DNA of 64,000 bases, taken from Cycas panzhihuaensis. Its lineage: Eukaryota > Plantae > Cycadophyta. The notes under the pieces were generated by a model. That model was not told where the DNA came from. It worked only from the letters and a program-made list of their open reading frames with translations, and did not search any database. A program made the translations under genes and the position numbers. Each line of letters opens with the position of its first letter. The stretch's first letter is position 1. The stretch covers positions 36,153,741-36,217,740 of the forward strand of contig CM041465.1 of NCBI GenBank assembly GCA_023213395.1. The letters run 5' to 3'. Below, piece by piece: positions 28,601 through 41,600 of this stretch.

Positions 28601-28999
28601 TCTATTAGGGATGGATTTCAATGCACATAAGGAGGACACTATCTTAAAGGGGAGATGATCTTGTGTCTAAAAATAGGACTTGAATGGCATTCCTATATTT
28701 GGTGTTATTAGGGCCACTATAAAGATGGTAATTATAGAGGTTGGATGTGCCTCATATGATTCTAGCCTTAAGCTATGGGCAATGCATATAGGAATGCCTA
28801 ACAATAGGTTCAATGTCACATTGTGACTTCTCATCCTAAGCCTAAATATAAAACTTACTTTCCACCTTTTAAACTTGGTTAATATAACTTCCCTAATTAA
28901 AATATTATTGTATGTATATTTCAGAATGGCAAAGGTAAGCTCAATTACATTAGATACATACTAATAGATAAACTTAAGGATATATTCCTTAAGGTTTTA

Positions 29000-31900
29000 T
29001 TATAGAGTCCCATTAAACTTAGGCATGTATTTAACTACTTCACTGGGAAGAGATTTCCAAGTTATATCAAGCTCAATAAGGTTGGAATATATAAAATCTA
29101 ATGCCCTGGTGATTAGGTCTTTGAAAATTAATAAGGAAATATAAATAAAAGAAAGATGAGCTACCATCCTTAATGGTATAAAGAATAGATTATGCTTAGA
29201 AAAAGATATGGTGGTAATTTTTAAAGTCTTAGAGAATAAAAATATATGCTCAAAGGAATCCAAAGCTAAGATAAGGGATTATAGGTGGTCCTAGGGAATT
29301 TATATTAAAAAGGATTAAAATAATAAAAAAGAGGTTTTCATCTCTTTATAACTAAAATTTTTAGGAGAAAAGACTATTAACATGGTCAATACAACTAAAA
29401 TGATAGTTGTTAGAAAGTTTCATATTCAAAACCATTGGAGTTAATACCAGAGCTTTGCACTTGACTAGTCTAAGTATAATTCAAAAGATCTCTTCTATAG
29501 CTCACAAAAGGAAAACTCTTTCCTATTATTAAAGAACTTAATTTTATGTCTATAGGAATCTCTGTACTCAACCTCTTAAAGATTATCTTAAATAAAGGGA
29601 AATTCTATTAAAACCACCAAACATAAAGCAAAATAACCCTAGTAAACTATTTTCTCTTTTGACCCTTTGAAGCTTGAGGGAGAGGATGCGAAAGATCATA
29701 ATATTATGGTGCCCTTCTACATTAATATTCAAACTAAATAATATAATTGTAAGGTGAATTGTAGACTTGGAGTCATCCATCAATATGATACCTGTTAAAC
29801 ATTTAAAATCTTTAAAAATATTTGCTTATGAGCTTGTTGACTTGGCATAATAAGAGTATGACATACAGGAAATGTTCCCATTGGAAAAGTAACCATACCC
29901 ATTATATTGGAAGGTAAAATGGTGCTAACTAAAATGACCATCATGAACCTCGACCTCATATATAACATGTTGCTAGGTAGATGGTTGACCTAGGTGTTAG
30001 TAGTATGCTCATCCCTATTTTGATAATTGTAGTTTATTTGTGATGATGAACTCAAAATAGTGAAGTAGAAAAGAAAGTCTTAAATGAAATCCATTCCCTT
30101 AGTGGAAACCTTTGTCAAAGAAGGTGATTTTGATTCACCACTTATTATACTAGGACTTAGGTAATGCTTCACCATAAATATTATAGAACCAAATGAGGAA
30201 GAAAACTTAAAATAAGTAAACATGGTCATAAGAGTTATCTGTAACTTATATCTCTTTGAAAATAGCAAGGATGTTCTATAACAATTATCAAGGTCATCTC
30301 TCAATATTCTAGTAAACCACCACAAACTTGGCTTTATCAAATTCATCTAACATAATTCTCCTCTAGCACATAAAGACCAAATTAGTCCTAAAACACCCCT
30401 TCTCATTGAGCCTACTCCACCTAATTTTGGGGAGGAAAGTATAATGCTTTTAGGGGAAATAATTGGGATTGACTTAGAAATTTATGATTAATAAAAAATC
30501 ATCAAAATTGGGATAAAATTCACCCTAGAGGAAATTGACTAGTGCAAGTAACTCTTTAGAGAATTCTCATTCATCTTCACTTAGGATTATAATGACATGA
30601 AATGATTCCACCACAGTGTGGTGGTCCACAACATTATAACCATCCCATAAGCCATGCCTAAAAGACAAAAGTAGAAGCCTCTTCACCCTAGGCTTTTAGC
30701 TACTATTAAGTTGGAAGTAGAAAAGTTATTCAACCCTAAGTTCATTGAATTTATCAACTACTCTTAGTGGGTTTGGAATATAATAATTATGGTAAATAAG
30801 AATAAAATAATTCAAATCTATATAGATTTTTAAAACATTAATAATACTTGTTCTAATGATAACTTTCCCTTACTTTTCATCAATTAGATTTTAGATCAAA
30901 TAGTAGGCTTTTAGGCCTTATCTCTTATGGATGGATTTTTAAGATATAATTAAATTACCATTTCATGTAAAGGCTACCATAAAATAACATTCACCACATA
31001 TTAGGGCACTTTTGCCTATAAGGTCATGCCATTTGGTTTCAAGAATACATGAGCTATTTTCCAAAGGGCAATGTAATATTCTTTCTATGACCTAATCAAT
31101 AAAATAGTAATTACATGTATGGATGACATGATTGACCTTTCTAGGGTATATAAGACCATGTTTATGACTTGTAAGTCATTTCAAAATATTTTAAAAATAC
31201 TAGGTCCATCTTAATCCTTATAAATGTATATTTGTTTTCACTATAAGTAAATTATTAGGAAATATAGTATCAAAGGAGGACATGAAGGTAGATTTGAGAA
31301 ACTAAAAGGTAGAATATAAATGGCTCCTCCTAATAACTAAAGATAAGTATTATTTTGGAAGAATAAACTCTTTTTATAGATTCCTCACAAACTTTGCTTT
31401 AAGCACAAATCCTTTAACTAATCTTCTCAAGAAAGGTATACCTCTTAGTTGGACTCTTAAAGTCTAATAATCATTTGATTGATTAAAACAAACTCTAGTT
31501 TTAGTACCAACTTTAGCTCCACTAAAATTTGACCAATCTTTCATCTTATACACCTCTATGATAGAGATATTACTTGGGTCATGCTTACAATAGGATATGA
31601 CTTTGGTTATGAGAGATGCATTTATCCCATCAATAGAACTTGTAGCCATTTAAATCAATTATACCATAACCAAAAAAGAATATCTTTCCTTAGTTTTTAC
31701 CATCAAGAGGTTGAGACATTACATGTTAGGTAATACCATAAGGGTCATTATTTGAATTAACCTCTTTGGATTTCTCATAACCAAGATAGACCTAATAAGA
31801 TATGTATGAAAATGGATTTTACTGTTGTAAGAATTTGATTTGGAAGTGGTAAGTCATAAATCCCAAAGGAAAATGGTAATAGAGGAATAACTTGTGGTTT

Positions 31901-33000
31901 TGCCTTTGCTCAATAATTCTAATGAAGGGATTAATGATTCTCTCCTTCATGAACATGTGCTCTATTTTAATATCAAGTACCTTGACACCCAAACATACTT
32001 TTAAGGGACCTATTTAAAAAAGAAGAGGAGGGTTAAAGCCATGATACATCAATACATTGCCAGAGGTAATATCCTATATAAAAGGTCCTTCAAAGGAGTG
32101 ATGTTTAGATGTATCTTGCCATATAAAGCTCAAGTAGTCTTAAATGAGTGTCATGATGGGATATGCAAGGGGCATCTTAGAGGGAAATCTATTACTTAAA
32201 GAATCCTAAGGATGAGGTATCATTGGCCTGCTTTATTTAAGGATGCTCATGTTTATGTTCTAAAATGTAAAAAGTGCCAAACCCTTGCTATCCTTATCCA
32301 TCAACAAAGTACTTTCATGAAGGTAATAGTTTCTTTGTGTCTAATTTATTAATGGGACCTCAACTTGATTAGATATATTCATCCCCTATATTTTAAAGGT
32401 CTCAAATTCATCTCAATAGTTATAGAATACTTCATAAAGTAGAGTGAAGTTATTTCACTAATCGCTATTGTGGGTAGAGTCATTACTATGTTTATCTTCT
32501 AACACATCATGTATAGATTAAGGGTATTTGATATAACTATTACTAATGATAGATCATCTTTTGGTAATAAGGATGTGAGAAAACTTTATGAGAAGTGCAC
32601 CATCACATGTAGGACCTCATCCCTTTACTACCCATAGGAAAATAGATAAGGTGAAGTCTTTAATAAAATTTTAGCAAAGATCTTATAGAAAATTATATCT
32701 GTCTCATGTAAAGATTGATATGTCTAATTATGGTTAGCACTTGGGCTTATGAAACTTCATTTATGATAGTATTAGGAATGATTCCCATCTCCTTAGCATA
32801 TATAATTAAAGTAGTACTTCATAAGAAATCAAAATTTCCTCCTTTCAAATATGTTTTAAATAATTCCCACAAACATGGAATGAATTAGGTAAGTTAGGCT
32901 ACGTAAACTAAAGAATATAGATGGAACTAGACTTAAAGCCTAATAGTAAAACCTTCCCTCTAAAAGAAAGGCTCATATATTATACGATTAAAAAATAATG
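29000..33000 (+). pseudogene. Very decayed non-chromovirus gypsy (Tat/Athila-type) gag-pol
   Basis: Protease IVDLESSINMIP...YNMLLGR (~29750-29990); RT MPFGFKNT*AIFQRAM and CMDDMI (~31020-31135); RH; INT GHLRGK...YHWPALFKDAHVYVLKCKKCQ (~32170-32280). LTRs not located; boundaries approximate. Confidence 0.85.
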
Positions 33001-34059
33001 ACCTAGAAAATTAACTAAAGATAAGAAAGTACTTAAGCTTGAATATTTACATGATAAGTAACATAAACTGACCCCAAAGTGTATTATGAATCCTACTGCT
33101 AGTAATAGGACCATAGCTATATAGTTAGTAATAATACTAGTAATGGAAATCTAAAAGGGCACGATGTATAACTCTAGAAATTTGTGAACACATAAATATA
33201 CTTCTTGAACCAATTATACTATATAAATTTAATTAAATATCAAAACATTTATTTATGAAAAAATCTCTTATTCATATTTCTTTAATTAGATTCTTAAATC
33301 AATCTATATTTCTTTGAATTTTTGCTTAACTTTGGGTAATAGATGCTAGTTCTATTCCAATTAGTATGCTTTTTTTTCCTATTCCCGGGCATAATTTAAA
33401 AATCTTTTCACCTTATTAACTCAGCATCGCTATTCTTCTCAACATCTATCTATGGTTCCTAATGTGCCACTCCTCCTTGTGCCACCTTCAAGTCCATTAG
33501 CATTCATTTCTAGGCTCTATAACTATCCATAGTCTTTATTTGGACATTTTCATCTTTAACAACTTTGTTATGCCATTCATAATGGGCCATCATCTTGCTT
33601 TATGTTGTCACTATCTTGTTTGACCTATTTGTGTATGATTAATGTTCCAATTATAAAATTGATATGTTTGTTACATTTGGATGATTTATCCCATGCTACC
33701 CTCAAATATAAGCATTGTTTGACCTTTATATAATTACAATTCTCTTGTAACCTACATAATGTAGTTCATCGTTGCCTATTTCTTAGAACTTCTTATACCT
33801 TATTGTTATTAAAAAAAATTTAATTAGAATATTCTTCTTGCTTCAAATTCAAAAATTTCTTGAAAACTTTTTCACTAATACAATCCATTTTATTTCTCTT
33901 CTCTATAAAAAATAATCCACAAATTCTTTTATTCTAAGACTTAAACTTATTGGAATAGTTCACTACTTTGCCATTCTAAGTTAATCCTCTTTTCTATACA
34001 ACTTCCATTCCTTATAGTACTTATCATTTTTGCTACAACCTCAACCAACCATATTATTA

Positions 34060-34830
34060 TATTGACACTGTTAGAGATTGGAGCTTCACTTTAACTTTAA
34101 GAAACTTATTTAAGTCAAATATAAGAAAAGATTAAGAATGGCCTTTTGCAATGACTTTAATAACTTAATTTTTAGTTTCATTAAATATGTTGAAGAAGAT
34201 ATCCAAGTAATTAAATAGCTAAAATATACTATGTATTACATAAGAAAACCTTATTGCCTCTCTTTCAAGATCAAGTATAGGGTGCTCTTTGTAATTATCT
34301 TCAAGTAATGACAATGTTAGTAATAAAATAGTCCAATATAAAAAATAGCTTATCATTCCAAACTTTAGTGTTAAGGGAATAATGGACTTCAAAGAATGGA
34401 TGACAGAGATCAAAGTGGATTTTAAAGACATTCCCATCAGAGGCATATTCAATCATACATGCTTTACTACTAATCATTTAGGAGGCCATATATTCCCATT
34501 GGTATAAAACTAATATGAGACTCACCCACTTCCAAACTGGATTAGTTTCATTTATGACTTTTGTAAATGCATAGAAGGACCCAATTATGTGACCTATAAG
34601 GTCTAGCTCTCTTACTATTTTTAAAAAGATACATTAATAGAAGAGTTCATGGAATAATTTAAGAAGATCTAACTCAAAGCTTCCATCCCTAAAGATGAAG
34701 CTTTGAAATTTTATTAATCTAATCTCTAACCTGATCTTGGTGTTAAAGTGCATATATTCAAACTAGATTTATTAATTGATGCCATATATTGGGATAAATA
34801 AGTAGAATCTAAAGTTAGAATATATGCTTC
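34060..34830 (+). pseudogene. Probable gypsy gag remnant
   Basis: IPNFSVKGIMDFKEWMTEIKVDF-like Retrotrans_gag N-terminal pattern at ~34355-34425; otherwise very decayed. Confidence 0.4.
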
Positions 34831-36369
34831 ATTTTACACTCATATAATTAGTAAGTATTTCTGTATATTTTTAAGTCACCAAGCTTAAATTTGGTACTAA
34901 GTCCCACCATGAATACAATTTGCCTATAGATTAAGGCTTCACTCCTAAAGAGTCAAATTGAGATTATCATTAAAACTATTGATTTCTCTAAGTTAACAAT
35001 CTCTATTTTGAGCCATGATCTTATAATCATTTGATATTTCTTACCACTTCCCTATGGTATATGTTAAAAATTAATATGCAACTTGGATCAAGTTAAAGTT
35101 AGTTTCTGGATTTATGGCCTATTTAAAGGCATTTATGTTTATCATGTAATATAGGCATGTTGGCGAAAATATGACAATTATTTATGTTTTATTTGATATA
35201 TTTTGCTTCTATATGATATTAGAGTTAAGGGTTGTCCTGTCTACACATCATCTACTCATTTAAGTGCTAATGTCATCTATCCATGCTTAGAGCCAATGCT
35301 TCTTAACTAATCTATACTTCATGCTCCTTCTTATGAAATTTATAATTTATATAGGAGACTATCATCAATGATGTGCATTTGTTCATTTTGAATTTTATCC
35401 TAGTTCCTATTCTATTTTGATGGTTTTCATTCAACTGGCATCAACCAAGAGGGTTGAAGATTTCAATCACCAATAAGTTCTTAAACTATATATCAATGAT
35501 CTTTGTTAGCTATGATTTCATGTGGTTATTATGGTCCATCATAGACTTCCATCCTTTGTGAAGTGTTTCAACGTTAATAACATGCAACTTGCATTCATTA
35601 CTATTTATGATTCAATTAAACCACTACCAATGCTTGAATATCATTTGGAGTCCTCTTTATTATTTACCCATAAAGATGAAGATGAATCCATAGATATGCA
35701 TTTATTATTTGAGAAATTTAAGATCTGGGATTTCTTAGCTACTTGTGTTTATTGCATATGGAATTGCTGGTAATTGACAATAGCTTAAATATTAGAGCAC
35801 AAATTGCCCACTTAATATACATATTCAAACCCTATATGCAAATAGATATGCAATGGTAAAAAAATATTTTCTTCTTTTATAATATCATGATATAATTAAA
35901 TCATATTAAATGATTTTTTTGAAGTTAAGTTTAGCCCCTTGTGTGATAACTATTGATCGTATGGGTTGTTTTATAAAGCATTCTTTTTTTGTTTCTTAAA
36001 TTTGAGGATGCATATATAGTGTATATATATCAATCATATATATGCATGTTATAGTTTAAATAGTTTGAATACATTTGTCCCCTTTTGTGGTTTAATACTT
36101 GGATATAAAGTGTTCACAAGTGACTTTACTATAAATTTTTTTGATGCCTAAAGTACTATGTATACATCTTATTATGGCTATGAACTTCATCATGCCATGA
36201 CCTCATCATATGGTTTTCATTTTTGATAAACTTATTTTTTAATTCTATGTATATTTTTGGTATTTATATATTAACATTAGTTTGCTACTCTTTGGTATAT
36301 TTTTACATTAGGAAATACTTTGTAGAGCTACCTACTTAGTTTCATAGGCCATTTACACTTGTTGAATTA

Positions 36370-37400
36370 GATTAAAAATGTTAAAAAAGTAGAATCTTAG
36401 ATTTTTTAATGCTGAAGAGATTATGGAGATATGTTGTAGGTGAATTCAAGGAACTAATGAACCTAGATATGAGGTAAACTTATCTCATAAATTACAATAA
36501 AGTCCTTGGTATTCTTCTTTTTACTCATTCTCTTGATCTTAGAATATAGTTATTTGATATAGATCTTGTATGAAATATGTTAAAAAATGTATATCAGAAA
36601 GTTAATATCTCTCAAGCAGATAAATTAGAGAAAAAATTGAATAGTGTAAGTTTTAAAAACTTCTCTATGGTAGAAGAGTTCTTATGCCATATACAATTTA
36701 TGAATTTGGATTTGATTCTATATGGGCTATAATATAGAAAAGATAACGATTTTCTTATTTTTCTAGGCATTAATAAATTACCTTGTTCATATAATAATTA
36801 TAAGACTACTAGATAACAAGTAATACATCTTCAAATCACCTTTGATAATTTTACTAGTGATATGATTAAACATCAAAATAGACTTATTTAGAATCAATAG
36901 AATAATTAAAATAAGAAGCAAATTAATAAGGGTTATAAGTAAGAGAAAAAATTAGGTTCTTAAAGGCTTACTCCTAGGTTTCAAGGGAAAAACCATTAAT
37001 CTAAATTGCAAGGGCAATAATATCCAAGATATCATACCTTCAAGAGGTAACCTGATTGAGGTGAAATAAAGCAAAATCAAGGACATTTTCAAAGGCAAAA
37101 TTTAAATTCTCAAGAAAAAAATTTAAGATAAATTTCACATTGTCAAGTGTAAGATTCAAGTTCTAAAGGACAAATTTCAAGTTTTCATTTTCAAGGGAAA
37201 AATTTAGGTTTTATAGATGCTTATATTTTAGTTCTTTCTAGCTATTCTTTAGATTCTAGCATTTTAGATACTTCTTAGATTAAATATTTTATTTATTCAC
37301 TTTAGTAGATGTTTAATACCTTTAATCTTGATGTTTATTTAGATAGAAAGATTTATATAGAAGATGATGTTAATAACTCTATTATAGGTGAATATAGTGT
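36370..37400 (+). pseudogene. Probable copia gag/protease remnant
   Basis: FLMLKRLWRYVVGE (copia gag N-terminal LWxYVxG pattern) at ~36403-36445, followed by AT-rich decayed coding-like sequence. Confidence 0.5.
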
Positions 37401-37971
37401 TGATTTTAAAACAAAATTTATTAATTAGGTATAGAAAAATATAGCTTTTGGGCCTCTTAGTATATGTGATAGATATGCTCAAGTAAAATGTTTAGTTCAC
37501 ATGTATGATCCATCTCATGGTATTACTCTTAGTTTAAGTATATTTACTTTAAATACTATTCCTATTTCTAAATCTCAAGTCCTTGTTGGTACTCAAGATG
37601 GTTATTATGATTTAGATGGCTATCATGTTATGAATTTTGATAATTTTATTGATATGGATGATAGTCGCTCAAGTAGTATTGTTCTTAGTGGTCCTTGTCT
37701 TAATACTTTCAACTCTTAGGTTCTTGAAGAAGATGATTCTCATCACATATATGATTTCTTTGATAAGTAAGATTCTCTTAAGCATTTGGTTATTTTACAT
37801 AATAGGACTTCACTTATTTAAAAGTGGTTAATTGATTATAATATAGGTAATTTTTCCACCTTAGTATAAAAGTTGACTCTTCAACCTAGTAGATAATATT
37901 AACCTTTGACTTTCTTATAAGTTTCTTTCATGAAATTATCCTATACTTGCCTTACAATGAACTTAGACTTC

Positions 37972-38298
37972 CCATATGTATAGAGAAGGTAATAGGGTCG
38001 CATACTGGTTGGCCAATTGGGGAGTGCAGACTAAAAGATATGAACTTTGGAAGGACTAAATTCCTGAAGGGATTCAGGATCTGGTTAGGAAGGATTTGGA
38101 AGGTATGGATACTAAGTAGGCTTGTTAAGCTATCCATTAGGCTTGTCGATGGAATGAATGGGCTTGTAGAATGATCAAGGGTAGGGATTAGCTAGGCTAT
38201 GGGCTTGTCACAGTAGTTTTTGAAGCCTAATTGGAAAATGATGTAATGGGGTTGGGGCCCCTCCAAAACCCCCATCAATTAAACTTTATCAAAAAAAA
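37972..38298 (+). mobile_element. 5'-truncated L1 LINE (LINE-c, ~330 bp)
   Basis: TSD AACTTAGACTTC at 37960-37971 and 38299-38310; poly(A) 38291-38300; begins with RNase H end HMYREGNRVAYWLANWGV. Confidence 0.92.
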
Positions 38299-38699
38299 AA
38301 CTTAGACTTCGTTGAAAACTCCTAATTGTATACATAAGACCTTTGATTTTCTTGATACTAACCTATTCTCTTTTCTTATAAACACTTGTATTACACTATT
38401 ACACTTGAAACATCATAATTAAATGAATTTCAAATTAAGCATCCATTATCTTGAAGTTTGTTAAGAAAACAAATTCCAACTATACCATATTAAAAAAAAA
38501 GAAAAAAACCAACCAAGAAGAGAATTCACAAGATAATTTACAAGCTCTACATCTCATAACTACTTGAAGCACCATTATGGTATGTGGGATAGGTCATGTA
38601 TTAATTTTATCCCTATCTAATAACATATAGCTTAGGATTAACTTGAGTGTATTATTTAGAGACTTTGAGTTTTATTTGTGATCCATTAAGGCCTTTATT

Positions 38700-41600
38700 T
38701 TTTTTTTTTTGATTAGATAAAAAATGAAATTCAGTGGGTTTTAAAAAGGATCCCACAACCTAATACATCATAAATGTGTCGAGGCATAAGAGAATAGATA
38801 TAAGTCCGTGATGCCCCACCTGACTAGGCCGAAAAACACAGATGCCGGACAAGCCCCACGCTAGCTATCGCATCATCAAGTCCTTCTCTACCGTAACCAA
38901 AAGATCCTGGGAAAATCCGACTTCCAAATTTGTCCCGCCTTTGACTCACTCCCCAATTTGCCGTAAAATCACCGGTTTGTTCCCATCTCTCAACAGATGC
39001 CTAATACTGACATCAAGCATCCTTTTGATAGTTTCCTTAGCGTCATTGAAAAGCGATTGGAATCTCCAACTGAGTAACCTCCCTTTCGTGGACTTCACCA
39101 CAACCTCGTAATCGCCTCAATGATCACTTTCCGATGATTGCTTTCCACCGCAAGGTCTAGCACTTTAAGCATCGCATGCATCTCTCGCATAGTGGTTTGT
39201 CCGGCAATCATAAAAATCATGAAGCCCAAAGGGAGATCCTAAATGGTCCCGACAGATACCTCCCCGGCCGGGATTCCCTTCACGCACCATCAAAATTTAT
39301 CTTGACCCAAGACTCCTCAGAGGCACCACTTAACGCCTTTGTTCCTCTCCGTCCCGGAGGTAGGAACAATATCCCACTTGCTCAGAATCCTTCTCTCAAG
39401 CCCGAGCAGGACTTCTTCACGATCTAACATTCTCTCTTATTTCTGCACAAATTCTACAATATATGGTAGTCTGATCCATCCGTTTTGCCTGAAAGATTCT
39501 ACGGTTCCTTTCCTTCCATATGTTCCAAGCAAGAATCGGCATAGCACTAGCCCATATGCAACACAACGTCCTACTCCTGAAAGGACTTCTCCAGGCCAAC
39601 CAAGAATCCATTAACTTCTCCGAGAATATCCAATTTACTTGAGCTTCCCCAAAGATCATACCCCATACCTCCCTTGTATATGAACACTCCAGAAAGATGT
39701 GGTTCATAGTCTCCTCCTCCGAGTAGCATAAAGTACATCTGTTTGCCACAGAACCCTCTTCTTTTTAGGTTGTCATTGTAAGAATTTTATTCCTCAAGCA
39801 GTCCACCAAAACACAATAATCTTCTAATAATGGGAGCTTCCACCCCTCAAGGGTAGGGTTTCTCCGTCCCCCTAGCCCGACACAAGTAGAGATACCCTTG
39901 CTTCACAGTGTAGACCGGACGGACTCAGTGGCCACACAATCGAGTCCGCAATAGGGAATCGGGGAATATAACACTTACCGAGCAAACTTTTGATCTTTGA
40001 AATGCCATCTTGCACTCTCTCCCCTTGAATCTCTTCAAGGCTCTTCCAAGACCTACTAGCCCCGCTTTCATCCCAATAGTCCTTCACATGCCTACCATAG
40101 ATCCTAACACAAGGACCCATAATGGGTTCCAAATCCGGGTAATCCTTGAGAGCGTCACACGCACCAAGCATCCTCCCAGAATCTGATCGTGCTCCCATCC
40201 CCGAGCCTCCATCTCAACCCACCCCTCAAGGCATTCCAAGCTTTCAGGATACCCCTCCAGATGGGAGAGCCGGCCTGAGAGACTTCATTTGTGGCCAAAG
40301 AACCACCTTGCACATATTTCCTAGATAGAATCCTCTCCCAGAGCCTCTCCCCCCCTTTAAGTAGGCGCCACCCCAACTTGGCTCCTGTGGTCATGCGTTG
40401 AAGAGGGGAGTCTTCTCGCATTAAGGCCCCTACCATTTTGGCATACAAACCTTGCTCCAACTGACAAGGTGGATTCTGTCCTAGGCTTCCGAGCCGGCCC
40501 ACAGAAACCTTTTTTGGATAGATTCGATGATGTCCGAGATGCCTGCCGGGACTCTAAAAATAGACATCCAAAAAACTGGGATGCTCTGAAGCGTGGTAGC
40601 AACAAGCTGGAGTTTTCCAGCTTGACTTAAGAGAGTGCCTTTCCATCCCGCCAGCTTTCTCTGCAACCTATCTATAAGAGGGTTCCACATATCCTTGGCC
40701 ATCTTTCCAACGAATAGCGGAAGGCCAAGGTAAGTAGTGGGAGCTTAATGCCCATCTCGGGCATCTCGATCCCGCCTTGAATCGCTGGAGTGTTTATAAA
40801 GTAAACATTGCTCTTATTCAAGTTGATCTTTTGATTCGTGGCCTTCTCAAAATGGCCCAGGAATTTCTTGAAATTGGTGGCCTCTAATTGTAGGCTTCCC
40901 AAGAAAGATATTATCATCCACGAATTGGTAGTGGGCCACATTGTCCACTCCCGATGCCTGGCTTAACACCGATTAAAGCCCCTGCCTCCTCCAGATTCTA
41001 GGACCCGCCCAACATCTCTGCCATTGTGATAAACAGGAAGGGAGAGAGCGGGTCACCCTGCCTCAAGCCCCTATGGCCTGGGAAGAAACCGGAGGACGAA
41101 CCATTAATAATAACGAGAACTGTGGGTTTCGATACATAACTCTATCCAGATCTCCACATCTCCCCAAAGCCAAAAGCCTTTAGGCAATGAGCATACCCCT
41201 GTGAGACCCTATCAAAAGCTTTCGAGAGATCAATTTTTATAAGCATCGCAGGCTCCTGCCTTTCTGCCGCAGAATGAATGGTTTCATAGACCACGATATA
41301 CCCATCGTATATCTGCCTCCCTCGGAGAAACCCATCTTGGTTACGAGAAATAATGTTTGGCATAATATGCTTTAACCTATTCACCAAAACCTTTGTTAAG
41401 ATTTTGTATTTGACATTGCAAAGGCTTATAGGCCGGAAGTCTTCCATCCTTTCTGCACCCTCTTTCTTTGGAATAAGAACCGGGAAGGTAGTCCGCCACT
41501 CCCCGCAATATCTTCCTGCTCACATAAAATTCTTGGAGCGCATCCATGTAGTCCCCCTTGATGATATCCTAGAATTCTTGAAAGAAACCCGGGAAGCCGC

